Shown here piece by piece: positions 47,485 through 57,890 of a stretch of DNA of 64,000 nt (position 1 is the first letter of the stretch; each line of letters opens with the position of its first letter). A program made the position numbers and the translations under genes. The DNA is from Thainema sp. (GTDB lineage Bacteria > Cyanobacteriota > Cyanobacteriia > Phormidesmidales > Phormidesmidaceae): the NCBI GenBank assembly GCA_052168235.1, contig JBQLZK010000010.1, positions 32,001 to 96,000 of the forward strand, written 5' to 3'. A model generated the notes under the pieces. That model searched no databases. It was not told the origin of the DNA and saw only the letters and a program-made list of their open reading frames with translations.

Positions 47485-48825
47485 CTAAGCTGATTCCGGT
47501 TTAGGTAGCGAAGACGGATGAACCAGCAGTTCTGCCGTTGAGCGCTTCTCGACCATCTCGCGTGTGATCACACAGCGGGTGACATCTTTGCGAGAGGGCA
47601 GTTCATACATCACTTCCAGCATCAGTTCTTCGACAATACCCCGCAATGCCCGCGCTCCAGTCTTACGACGATAGGCTTCTTTTGCGATCGCACGTACCGC
47701 ATCTTTCTCAAATTCCAACTGAACGTTATCCATATGTAGCAGCTTTTGATACTGCTTGACTAGCGCATTCCTCGGCTTAGTTAAGATCGCCGCTAGCGTA
47801 TCCTCATCCAGTGGTTCGATTACCGCTGCTGCTGGAATTCGACCAATGAACTCAGGAATCATGCCGAACTTAACCAGGTCGCTCGGTTCTAGACATTGCA
47901 AAATGTCAGCCGCTCGCTTTTCGCGAGGCTGATTTTCACCAGGCTGTATAAAGCCAATCGACTTTTTACCAATTCGCTCTTCTACAACTTTCTCTAAGCC
48001 AACAAAAGCGCCACCACAGATGAACAGGATGTTGCTGGTATCAATTTGAATGCAATCTTGATAGGGATGCTTACGTCCCCCTTGAGGCGGCACATTCGCG
48101 ATCGTACCTTCTAGCATTTTCAGCAGCGCCTGCTGAACGCCTTCCCCAGACACATCCCGTGTAATCGACGGGTTCTCGCTCTTGCGAGCAATTTTGTCAA
48201 TTTCATCAATGTAGATAATGCCGCGCTGAGCCTCTTCAACGTCTAAATCAGCTACTTGCAGCAGTCGCAAGAGGATATTTTCCACATCCTCACCCACATA
48301 GCCTGCCTCAGTCAGAGTTGTCGCATCGGCAACGGCAAACGGCACATCCAACATCTTGGCCAGGGTTTGAGCCAAAAGCGTCTTACCGCATCCCGTGGGT
48401 CCAATTAGTAAAATATTGGACTTTTGCAGCTCAATCGCATCTTCATCTCCCAGCTCAGATTCACCAGCTTGCTTAAAGCTAAGACGCTTATAGTGGTTGT
48501 AAACTGCCACTGACAAGATTTTCTTGGCTTCATCTTGGCCAATGACATGTTGATCAAGGTGCTGTTTGATTTCTCTTGGCTTAGGAATTTGATTCAAGGA
48601 AAGCTGAGCAGTCGAAACCCGGCGCTTTTCCGTCTGACCTTCTCGACGAGGCGTCGGTTGAGCAACCGACGCACTGGAATCAAACAGTTCCTCGTCTAGA
48701 ATCTCGTTGCACAGATCAACGCATTCATCGCAAATGTAGACTCCCGGCCCTGCAATGAGTTTTCGAACTTGCTCCTGTGACTTGCCGCAAAATGAACATT
48801 TAAGATGGGAGTCGTACTTAGACAT
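47485..48825 (-). CDS. clpX: ATP-dependent Clp protease ATP-binding subunit ClpX
   Basis: CSFCGK...ICDECVDLC zinc finger, [42 protein letters not shown] loop. Confidence 0.99.
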   Translation of the reverse strand: MSKYDSHLKCSFCGKSQEQVRKLIAGPGVYICDECVDLCNEILDEELFDSSASVAQPTPRREGQTEKRRVSTAQLSLNQIPKPREIKQHLDQHVIGQDEAKKILSVAVYNHYKRLSFKQAGESELGDEDAIELQKSNILLIGPTGCGKTLLAQTLAKMLDVPFAVADATTLTEAGYVGEDVENILLRLLQVADLDVEEAQRGIIYIDEIDKIARKSENPSITRDVSGEGVQQALLKMLEGTIANVPPQGGRKHPYQDCIQIDTSNILFICGGAFVGLEKVVEERIGKKSIGFIQPGENQPREKRAADILQCLEPSDLVKFGMIPEFIGRIPAAAVIEPLDEDTLAAILTKPRNALVKQYQKLLHMDNVQLEFEKDAVRAIAKEAYRRKTGARALRGIVEELMLEVMYELPSRKDVTRCVITREMVEKRSTAELLVHPSSLPKPESA

Positions 48826-48836
48826 GATTTCCCCTT

Positions 48837-49526
48837 CTACTTCAACGCAGTGATGGCCTGTCCATTCGGCATATCTTGCCGAGTAATCACCTGGTCAATT
48901 AAACCGTAATTCTTGGCCTCTTCAGCAGACATAAAAAAGTCGCGCTCTGTATCTGTTTCAATTCTCTCAAGCGCTTGCCCAGTATGGTGAGCCAATAGCT
49001 CATTGAGTCGTCGCTTCAAATACAAAATTTCGCGAGCTTGAATTTCGATATCAATCGCCTGCCCTTGTGCTCCACCTAGCGGCTGGTGAATCATAATTCG
49101 AGAGCTGGGCAATGACAGACGCTTTCCGGCGGCTCCACCTGCCAACAAAAATGCGCCCATGCTGGCCGCAAGTCCGAAGCAAATCGTAACCACATCCGGT
49201 CGGATTTGCTGCATCGTGTCATAGATTGCAAATCCAGCCGTCACTGATCCGCCCGGTGAGTTGATATAAAGCTGAACGTCTTTTTCCGGATCTTCTGCAT
49301 CTAAAAATAGTAGTTGAGCCACGATGGAATCAGCCACCGCATCATCAACGGGCGTTCCCAAGAAGATAATCCGCTCTCTCAGCAGCCGAGAGTAAATGTC
49401 AAATGCACGCTCTCCTCGACCCGACTGCTCCACAACCATTGGCACCACCCCTTGAGGAGCAATGGATGAGGCGTGAAGCGCCGCTGTACTGGTGAGGATA
49501 GGCTCAGACGATTGAGATGAAAGCAT
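48837..49526 (-). CDS. clpP: ATP-dependent Clp protease proteolytic subunit
   Basis: [54 protein letters not shown] at 49526. Confidence 0.99.
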   Translation of the reverse strand: MLSSQSSEPILTSTAALHASSIAPQGVVPMVVEQSGRGERAFDIYSRLLRERIIFLGTPVDDAVADSIVAQLLFLDAEDPEKDVQLYINSPGGSVTAGFAIYDTMQQIRPDVVTICFGLAASMGAFLLAGGAAGKRLSLPSSRIMIHQPLGGAQGQAIDIEIQAREILYLKRRLNELLAHHTGQALERIETDTERDFFMSAEEAKNYGLIDQVITRQDMPNGQAITALK

Positions 49527-49841
49527 AAACTTCGAAAATGCCAAATTTCAGAACCTACACAGTTGATGCAGCTTTACAAATAACCTTCCTCCTCATCTAG
49601 GTCAACATAGGTAAAAAAACTTAACAGTATTAACCTCGATTTTGGAGGAACCTTACTCGCCATTATGCCTCAAGTCATTTAAACTCGCTGGATATTTGGC
49701 ATCTCTGTAACCTTTGGTGAAGGTTTGACTCATCCTGGCTCTCAATGAACTATGACGATATTTACTTCAGTGATGCCTATCGGCGACCGATTCAGCCGTA
49801 AACCAGTAGAGATAACCAGCCAACAGGTACGAGTACATTTT

Positions 49842-49919
49842 GTAAAAAGGGCGGGTAAGATACCAAATCCCTGAATTAACCTGAATTAAATCAATTTGGT
49901 AATCAGAACCCGCCCCTAC
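49842..49919. repeat. REP-like element, longer variant
   Basis: GTAAAAAGGGCGGGT...AACCCGCCCCTAC. Confidence 0.6.
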
Positions 49920-49970
49920 TGAGTGTATTTACAACTTGAGCCGCTCTACGAAATGGTCTTGCGGCCTTAT

Positions 49971-51395
49971 TTATTCTTCCTCCGCAACCACTTCGGCTTC
50001 GGCTTCTACTACTTCGTTTGATGCGTCTGCGCTCTCGGCTTCATCGGTTTCTTCTTCAGCACTGAGAGTACCCTCTGGTACGAGCTCAACCGTCCAGCTT
50101 TCTTCTAACCAGGCCAGGATCTTCTCTTTGAGCAAATCTTCTTGAACCACTTCATTTAAGCGATCCAGATCAATGTCCTTCCGCTGGCCAGCTGGAACTT
50201 CTTGGAGCATTTCCTCGGCCTTGGTCTTAATTTCGTCTTCCTCAACTTTGATGTCTTGCTGTTTGGCGACTTCACCTAAGGCTAGTGTGCGCTGCAAACG
50301 ATTGATGGCTTCCGGACGGGACTGCTCTCTCAAACGAGGCAGCATTTCATCATTAAACAGTTGTTTAACATCAATGCCTTGCTGGCTCAACCGCACGGCT
50401 GTTTGAGACAGCATGTAGTTGACTTCCCGATCAATTAGCGTTTTGGGCAGGTCAACTTCGATGTGCTTGACGAGTTCATCGAGAACCGCCTTTTCCTTAT
50501 TGCTGGCGGTTTTGCTCTCAGCCTCTTCTTTGTACTGTTTCTCCAGAGACTCTCTCAGCTCTTGCATAGTCTCGAACTCGCTCACTTCCTGAGCAAAATC
50601 ATCGTCAAGTTCCGGCAGTTCCTTCTCTTTGAGTTCCTTGAGCATAATTGTGAAGACAACTGGCTTACCCGCCAGGTCTTCTTGAGCGTACTGCTCAGGG
50701 AATGTGACATTCACATCCTTTGTCTCGCCCGGCTTCATGCCGATGATGCCGCCGATGAAACCTTCGATGAAGCGGCCTTCTTCGAGTTCAAGCTGAAAAT
50801 CTTCTGCACTACCGCCAGGAAATTCCTCGGGTTCAGCGTCAGCATTTTCAGGAACAATCTTGCCGACAAAATCAACGACGGCTGAATCGCCTTTCTGGGC
50901 TGCCCGATCTTCAACGGGAACGAGAGTGGCAAAACGGTTTTGGTACTCGCTTAATACTTCGTCCACGCGGGAAGCATCATACTGCACTTCCTCAGCCTGT
51001 ACTGACAACCCCTCGTAGTCCTTGAGTGTAACCTCAGGCGGTACATCAACAGAGGCTGAAAAAGTGAGCGGCTGACCGGGTTTGAACTGCTCCATCAACT
51101 CTTCAAATGAGGAGCGCAGTTGATAATTCCCAATCGCATCTACGTCTTCTTGTTTGATCGCCTGTTCAATACCGTTTTGGATCAGCTCTTCGATTACTGA
51201 TGCACTGATGCGAGTGGAGCCAAAACGCTGGATTAAAATATGCCGAGGGACCTTTCCACGACGGAACCCAGGAATATTGGCCGATCGCATTAATTGCCCC
51301 AAAACCTTGTCGTAGGTTTTCTGAGACATTTCTGAAGGGATTTCGATCTCCAAGCCAACTCGGCTTTCGGGCAATCTCTCCTGGGTGACTTTCAT
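49971..51395 (-). CDS. tig: Trigger factor
   Basis: IPGFRRGKVP ribosome-binding motif and FKBP domain; tig-clpP-clpX gene order. Confidence 0.98.
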   Translation of the reverse strand: MKVTQERLPESRVGLEIEIPSEMSQKTYDKVLGQLMRSANIPGFRRGKVPRHILIQRFGSTRISASVIEELIQNGIEQAIKQEDVDAIGNYQLRSSFEELMEQFKPGQPLTFSASVDVPPEVTLKDYEGLSVQAEEVQYDASRVDEVLSEYQNRFATLVPVEDRAAQKGDSAVVDFVGKIVPENADAEPEEFPGGSAEDFQLELEEGRFIEGFIGGIIGMKPGETKDVNVTFPEQYAQEDLAGKPVVFTIMLKELKEKELPELDDDFAQEVSEFETMQELRESLEKQYKEEAESKTASNKEKAVLDELVKHIEVDLPKTLIDREVNYMLSQTAVRLSQQGIDVKQLFNDEMLPRLREQSRPEAINRLQRTLALGEVAKQQDIKVEEDEIKTKAEEMLQEVPAGQRKDIDLDRLNEVVQEDLLKEKILAWLEESWTVELVPEGTLSAEEETDEAESADASNEVVEAEAEVVAEEE

Positions 51396-52172
51396 ATGGT
51401 TCCTTGTAAACAGTGTGTCTGATCAGCGTTGATGCGGTAATTATGCGATCGCAGCAGAGCCTGAAGCCGAGCCACTTTTGATAAACCGCAGTTGACTATG
51501 ATAACTGAAATTTATCCGTGTCGTGTAATTGCTCAACCTGGTTTTAAGAATTGGGGCCACTGATCTGAATCATTTACCCAATCTGTTTCATTCGTTGGGC
51601 AGAAGGTTGAGTATACTAGGCCAATAAAGCAGTATTCTTGAGAATAGCGAAAGAAACGTCCATATCGGTTGCTGCGGTTTCTGCTGTGTAGTGCGATCGC
51701 AGTAAGCCCAAGAAACCCTCAGCACTGAAGCTTGGCTACTGGATAATGAGTGGTTTCGCAGCTAAAATCATCCATCATTATAAAATTTATCAATGAGGCT
51801 CCAGAAATCGTCTCTAAAGAAAAATCTTTCCGTATTCCCACAAACCACTACACCACATCGATCAAACTGATAAGTGACTTTTATAGTTCAGCTATACATT
51901 TTTATTTTTTATAATTACCTGTTGTGGTTGCCTTTAACTTAACTACAGTGGCCACACCAACAAGTACAGGGCAAATCAAGACAGATCACGTTAATCAAAG
52001 ATCAAATGAATCACATAGATGCCTTGATGTGGATTATTTAAACTCAGTACTTAAAATTCGAATTCTATGAAAAACTGACTACATCTAAAATCTAAAAATC
52101 AATTTTGGTCTACACCACTATTTAGTTTCAGAGATTCAAAGATCTATTGCATTGTGTTTAGGAGGAACAAAC

Positions 52173-53216
52173 TTGCCTCAATATCGAGTCGCTATTTTGG
52201 GTGCCACAGGTGCAGTTGGCACAGAGTTGCTGAATTTACTAGATCAACGACATTTTCCACTCGCTAATCTCAAGCTTTTAGCGTCTGAGCGGTCTGCGGG
52301 TCGCCCTTTAACGTTTCGCGGTGAGACCATTGTCGTAGAAGCGCTAAACAATCGTGCCTTTGATGATGTGGACATTGTCTTGGCCTCAGCAGGCGGATCT
52401 ATTTCGAAAGAATGGTTGCCTAAAGCGGTCGCTGCCGGAGCGGTTGCGATCGATAATTCCAGCGCCTTTCGCATGGATGAGTCAACTCCGCTAGTTGTGC
52501 CGGAAGTCAATCCTCAAGCCGCTGCCCAGCATCAGGGAATTATCGCCAATCCCAACTGCACAACGATTTTAATGACGGTAGCGCTCTGGCCACTGCACCA
52601 GATTCAGCCAATCCAGCGGATCGTGGCATCGACCTACCAATCGGCAAGCGGGGCTGGGGCGCTAGCGATGGAAGAGGTCAAGCAGCAAGCCCAGCAGATT
52701 CTGAATGGTGAAACGCCTCAAACGAAGGCCTTTCCCTATCCATTGGCGTTCAATCTGTTCCCACACAATTCGCCGCTGAATGAGCAGGGTTATTGTCAAG
52801 AAGAGATGAAAATGGTAGACGAGACGCGCAAGATTTTCGGTGTTTCTGATCTGCGTGTTACCGCTACCTGCGTACGGGTTCCCGTCCTACGGGCTCATTC
52901 AGAAGCGATTAATATGGAGTTTGGATCACCCTTTGATGTGCAAGCCGCAAAAGCGGCTTTAAGTGAAGCTCCCGGCGTCAAAGTGGTGGAAGACTGGCAA
53001 GCCAATTACTTCCCTATGCCTATGGAAGCCAGCGGCCAAGACGATGTTTTGGTTGGGCGCATCCGTCAGGATTTATCTAATCCAAATGCAATCGAACTCT
53101 GGCTTTGTGGGGATCAAATCCGCAAAGGCGCAGCCTTAAATGCAGTTCAAATTGCTGAATTATTAGTTGCTAAAAGCTGGCTAAAAGTTAATCAACCTGC
53201 ACTCTCAGGATCGTAG
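52173..53216 (+). CDS. asd: Aspartate-semialdehyde dehydrogenase
   Basis: GATGAVG, DNSSAFRM, NPNCTT, TYQSASGAG, RKGAALNAVQIAE. TTG start behind AGGAGG. Confidence 0.98.
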   Translation: MPQYRVAILGATGAVGTELLNLLDQRHFPLANLKLLASERSAGRPLTFRGETIVVEALNNRAFDDVDIVLASAGGSISKEWLPKAVAAGAVAIDNSSAFRMDESTPLVVPEVNPQAAAQHQGIIANPNCTTILMTVALWPLHQIQPIQRIVASTYQSASGAGALAMEEVKQQAQQILNGETPQTKAFPYPLAFNLFPHNSPLNEQGYCQEEMKMVDETRKIFGVSDLRVTATCVRVPVLRAHSEAINMEFGSPFDVQAAKAALSEAPGVKVVEDWQANYFPMPMEASGQDDVLVGRIRQDLSNPNAIELWLCGDQIRKGAALNAVQIAELLVAKSWLKVNQPALSGS

Positions 53217-53309
53217 TTCCGTCATTAGCAACAGAAAAGCTTTGTAGAGTCAGGATTGATTAGTCTGATGTTATTAGTTCGACATTAGCGGGAGAGGAGT
53301 GAAGAGAGT

Positions 53310-54230
53310 GTGACTGATTTTGGTCGTGTGCTAACGGCGATGATTACCCCTTTCAATCAAGATGGAGAGGTTGATTATGCTGTGGCAGAAGAATTGGCAG
53401 ATCATCTCGTCCAGCATGGTACAGATACGCTAGTTGTCTGTGGTACGACAGGAGAATCGCCAACTCTGACTTGGGAAGAGGAGTACGAACTGTTTCAGGT
53501 TGTGCAGGGTGCGATCGCAGGTCGAGGTAAGGTGATGGCCGGAACCGGATCAAACTCTACCCGAGAGGCGATTTCAGCCACTCAAAAAGCCGCTAAACTC
53601 GGTTTAGAAGGTTCATTACAGGTTGTTCCGTACTACAATAAGCCACCCCAGTCTGGTTTGTATGCGCATTTTAGTGCGATCGCACAGGCAAACCCGGATA
53701 TCGCTATCATGTTGTATAACGTGCCGGGTCGTACCAGTCAGAACATTCTGCCCGAAACGGTTGCCCAGCTTGCTGAACTGCCAAACATTGTGGCGATCAA
53801 GGAAGCAAGTGGTAACCTGGAGCAGGCCAGTCAAATTCGGCGCGTGACTCCACCCAGCTTCTCCCTCTATTCTGGGGATGACTCGCTAACGCTGCCGCTG
53901 CTTGCGGTTGGTGGTAAGGGTGTTGTCAGCGTTGCTAGCCATCTGGTTGGAGACGAGCTGCAACAAATGGTACAAGCCTTTAAAGCTGGGAATACTGAGA
54001 CAGCAAAAGATATTCACTTAAAGCTCATGCCGCTATTCAAAGCGCTTTTCGTGACAACCAATCCCATTCCAGTTAAGGCAATGCTTCAACTTCAGGGATG
54101 GTCAGTTGGTTCACCGCGGTTGCCTTTGAACGCAGCGTCTGACGAGACTATCCAAACGTTACGTCAGGTGATGGATGAGCTGGGCTTATTCCACTCTCGA
54201 GCAGCCCAATCTGAAATAGTTGTCTCATAG
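53310..54230 (+). CDS. dapA: 4-hydroxy-tetrahydrodipicolinate synthase
   Basis: [28 protein letters not shown] and NPIPVK. Confidence 0.98.
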   Translation: MTDFGRVLTAMITPFNQDGEVDYAVAEELADHLVQHGTDTLVVCGTTGESPTLTWEEEYELFQVVQGAIAGRGKVMAGTGSNSTREAISATQKAAKLGLEGSLQVVPYYNKPPQSGLYAHFSAIAQANPDIAIMLYNVPGRTSQNILPETVAQLAELPNIVAIKEASGNLEQASQIRRVTPPSFSLYSGDDSLTLPLLAVGGKGVVSVASHLVGDELQQMVQAFKAGNTETAKDIHLKLMPLFKALFVTTNPIPVKAMLQLQGWSVGSPRLPLNAASDETIQTLRQVMDELGLFHSRAAQSEIVVS

Positions 54231-54836
54231 AACTTTTGAACTTATAAAACCCTTGAATATGTTGTAAAACATAAGAGGCAACCATCGAAATCATCGAAGA
54301 CAGTTTGAGTGACAGAAGACTTTTATTAGTAAAAGACAAACAGTACAAAGACGAAAGTAAAAGACAACGATAGAAATAAGTGCAAATTTAACTTTGCGAT
54401 CGCGTCTTGATTCCTCAAAACAGCACCCTAAAAACAGCAGTAGAGGATGACGACGCACATTACAGGCTTCCTTTCACAACTGAATACTAAGCGGATAAAG
54501 GATATTTCCTATTCAGCCCCATGACCAAAACGGTGACAGCACAGATAGATGGTTATAGATGACTGAACTATCAGTACTTTGATTTGTTTTCGCATGAAAC
54601 TTACACAAGAACCGTTGTGCGATCGCAGATATTGATAGCCAAAACTAACATCAAATTCTGAAGTTTGCTGTTTAGCCCATACGGAGCCGTAGATAACAGA
54701 ACAGATTGGCTAATAAATCTCAATCAGCTTTAAATCGGCTTCAATTTAGGCTTACAAATCCTTTGGTCGCTGAATCCTTCAATCCATAAGCTTTACGACT
54801 TTTCTTTTTGTTCAAATTTGACGTGTTGGAGTATAT

Positions 54837-56717
54837 ATGAGTCAAACTCAAGACCCGAATGCCCTCAAAGTAATCCCTCTCGGTGGACTACACGAAATTG
54901 GTAAAAATACCTGCGTGTTCGAAATCAACGACGAGATCATGCTGCTCGATGCAGGTCTTGCCTTCCCAACAGAGGATATGCATGGGGTCAACATTGTTCT
55001 GCCAGATACGACCTATCTGCGCGAAAACCGCCACAAGATCAAAGGCATGATTGTGACCCACGGACACGAAGATCACATTGGCGGTATTGCTTTTCATTTG
55101 AAGCAGTTTGATATTCCCGTTATTTATGGCCCTCGACTAGCAATGGCGCTTCTAGAGGGCAAGTTAGAAGAAGCAGGCGTTGCGAATTTGACCGAGTTGC
55201 GGACGGTCATGCCCCGCGATATGGTGCGGATCGGTAATTCATTCTTCGTTGAATTCATCCGCAACACCCACTCAATTGCCGACAGTTTTTCCGTCGCGAT
55301 TCATACCCCGGTCGGGATTGTGATTCATACGGGCGACTTTAAGATTGACCACACTCCCGTAGATGGCGAGTTTTTCGACTTTCAGAGGCTGGCCGAATAT
55401 GGCGAAAAAGGCGTTCTATGCCTAATCAGCGATTCAACGAATGCAGAAGTACCGGGATCTACCCCTTCAGAGCGTTCGGTATATCCCAACTTAGAGCGCA
55501 TCTTTAGTCAGGCAAAGGGACGGCTGCTCGTCACGACCTTTGCTTCCTCGGTTCACCGAGTCAATATGATCCTGGATATTGCCGAAAAGCAAGGCCGTTC
55601 GGTCTTTGTGTTAGGACGCTCAATGCTGAACGTAATCGATCATGCGCGAAAGCTAGGCTACATCAAATGCAGCGATGAGCTATTCCAGCCCCTCAATTCC
55701 CTGCGTCAGTGCCCTGACGAGAAAGCGCTGATTTTGACTACAGGCTCACAGGGCGAACCATTGGCAGCATTAACCCGTATCGCCAACGGTTCCCATCGTC
55801 AGATCCAGATCAAACAGGGCGACACAGTTGTCTTTTCGGCCAATCCTATTCCAGGCAACACCATCGCCGTCGTCAACACGATTGACAAGCTGATGATGAA
55901 GGGTGCCAATGTTGTCTATGGCAAGAATTTGGGGATTCACGTTTCTGGTCATGGTGCCCAAGAAGACCAAAAGCTGATGCTGGCACTGACTCGTCCAAAG
56001 CTGTTTTTACCTGTACACGGTGAACATCGTATGCTGGTTAAACATGCACAGACGGCTCAAAGCATGGGGGTTCCAGCCGAAAACATGGTGATTGTAAACA
56101 ATGGCGATGTGGTTGAAATCACCGAAGAAACGATTCGCATTGGTGGACAGGTTCCATCCGGTATCGAACTCGTCGATTCCTCACGCACGGGCATGGTGGC
56201 CGATGACGTTCTGCGGCAGCGGCAGCGGATTGCCGAAGATGGTATTGTAACCGTCGCAGCAACCGTCAATGCCAGTGGCAAGCTAGCCGCCAACCCCTCG
56301 ATCCATGTACACGGGGTGGCGCTAACAATGGAGCGATCGCAGTTTGAGCAGGATTTAACTGAGTTAGTTGGGTCTGCTTTGTCTAACCGCTGGTCAGATT
56401 TTGCTCAAGACTTTAACGATGGCGAAGGGCTAGAAATCAACTGGGAAGGTTTACGTAACCAGATCGAAACGGAGCTTTATCGCTTTATCAAGCGAGAACT
56501 TCGTAGCCGTCCATCTGTTGTTTTACTGATGCAGGCAGTAGAAGCGGCTGAAGCGACTGAAGCGGCTGAAACAAATGGCAAGGCCAAATCATCCACGGCT
56601 TCTACTCGGAAAAAGTCAACCCCTCGAGCTTCAGCACCGTCTCCAGCAGCACCCTCTACAGCAGAGCCGGAAGTGCAAAAGCGGACACGTCGCCGCTCAG
56701 CAGCCGTTGCCTCATAG
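54837..56717 (+). CDS. rnj: Ribonuclease J
   Basis: PLGGLHEIGKN, THGHEDHIG, HTGDFK, TTGSQGEP, HVSGH and PVHGE; low-complexity C-terminal tail. Confidence 0.98.
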   Translation: MSQTQDPNALKVIPLGGLHEIGKNTCVFEINDEIMLLDAGLAFPTEDMHGVNIVLPDTTYLRENRHKIKGMIVTHGHEDHIGGIAFHLKQFDIPVIYGPRLAMALLEGKLEEAGVANLTELRTVMPRDMVRIGNSFFVEFIRNTHSIADSFSVAIHTPVGIVIHTGDFKIDHTPVDGEFFDFQRLAEYGEKGVLCLISDSTNAEVPGSTPSERSVYPNLERIFSQAKGRLLVTTFASSVHRVNMILDIAEKQGRSVFVLGRSMLNVIDHARKLGYIKCSDELFQPLNSLRQCPDEKALILTTGSQGEPLAALTRIANGSHRQIQIKQGDTVVFSANPIPGNTIAVVNTIDKLMMKGANVVYGKNLGIHVSGHGAQEDQKLMLALTRPKLFLPVHGEHRMLVKHAQTAQSMGVPAENMVIVNNGDVVEITEETIRIGGQVPSGIELVDSSRTGMVADDVLRQRQRIAEDGIVTVAATVNASGKLAANPSIHVHGVALTMERSQFEQDLTELVGSALSNRWSDFAQDFNDGEGLEINWEGLRNQIETELYRFIKRELRSRPSVVLLMQAVEAAEATEAAETNGKAKSSTASTRKKSTPRASAPSPAAPSTAEPEVQKRTRRRSAAVAS

Positions 56718-56820
56718 AAGAAGTACGTGTGAGAGAGTCCCGCCTGCCGGACTTTCTCGCACATCCTAAAGACGAATTTTCTTCCAAAACCTATTGATAC
56801 AAAGTCAGGTTAAAAACCCG

Positions 56821-56877
56821 ATGATTTATCTTCTGCAAAAGCTTGGCTTGGCCAAGCTTTTGCAGAAGATAAATCAT
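56821..56877. repeat. Perfect 27-bp inverted repeat with a 3-nt loop
   Basis: ATGATTTATCTTCTGCAAAAGCTTGGC-ttg-GCCAAGCTTTTGCAGAAGATAAATCAT. Confidence 0.9.
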
Positions 56878-57471
56878 TTTTATACCTACATCGGACATCA
56901 GTAGATTAAGCAGAATCTGCAATTGAGTGAAATTTGTAAAACATCCGTGAAGGGGAGTGAGCTGTGTTTCACTCCCCTTTTGGTTGGGCATCTTAGGTCT
57001 AGTGTTACAAGGCTTAACAAATTGTGGTTCAGCCAAAATTCAGTTTGTCGGACTGGGTGTAAGCAGTTGATTGGTTTTCTATTGCAAATGTCATGAAATT
57101 GCCATCTTAAAACCTAGCTAATGCAGTTCAAGCCCAAAACTCATGCAGTCTTTACCTAACACGGGTCATTTTTCTCCTAATTTCAAACTGCAATGGCTAA
57201 GGTGTCGGATATGGCTCTCCTGAAGTCTGTAGATCGAAATATAGCGGTTAGCACTTAGATAGGATCTGGAATTTCTTGGGTAACCTGTTCCTGGTACAAA
57301 AGATTCCGGCCTGCTTGCTAGAGCTATCAATCTATCTAACCCATAACTAGGACTAGCAAAATGAATGAATCCAATAGCATGGTGCAAAATCTCGCCCTTT
57401 CAAGCTGGGTCTGGATACGCTCTGGTAATCACCGTGCAAATCCTGAAACTGGTCATCAGGTTAATCAAAGA

Positions 57472-57738
57472 ATGCATCAAACTGATTTACTGTCTCCTAT
57501 CCGCCGCTGGCTTGATCAGGTGCAAGTCAAAAATCCTCAGCTTGCTCATCGAATTTGTCAGCTTGTCCCGGCTCAATGCCCGTTTGAGCGAGATATCGTT
57601 CTATTTGGACGCCAGCTCGCGCATATTCCTCCCCTCTGCAAGCTCAATCCACTGTATGAAGAAGTGGTTGGTCTGCGCTTTCGGGCGCTCTGCTATCTGG
57701 CCGATGAGTGTGGCGAGGATATTACGCAGTACTGCTAA
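57472..57738 (+). CDS. 'Mo-dependent nitrogenase C-terminal' domain small protein
   Basis: LLSPIRRWLD...AHRICQLVPAQCPFERDI...HIPPLCKLNPLYEEVVGLRFRALCYLADECGEDI. Start at 57472 or upstream at 57361. Confidence 0.88.
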   Translation: MHQTDLLSPIRRWLDQVQVKNPQLAHRICQLVPAQCPFERDIVLFGRQLAHIPPLCKLNPLYEEVVGLRFRALCYLADECGEDITQYC

Positions 57739-57890
57739 ACGTCAACAGAACCAAGCTGAGAGCAAAATACCGTTGCCCATTAATATCGCTACCGATACAA
57801 ATGCAAGGGGGCAAACAGGGACAAGGGAGCAGGAGAGCAACGGAGCTTTTTGGGACTACTGTTCAAACGCTCAACACTCAGTTAACCCAA

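Noticed and set aside
51396..52172. Long tig-asd spacer as a lysine riboswitch or Yfr1-type sRNA
   Set aside because: AT-rich with no L-box architecture; the CACCAC motifs do not match the Yfr1 ACTCCTCACAC consensus.
57361..57738. Possible nitrogen-fixation locus suggested by the domain name
   Set aside because: No nif genes in the window, and this small domain also occurs in non-diazotrophic cyanobacteria.
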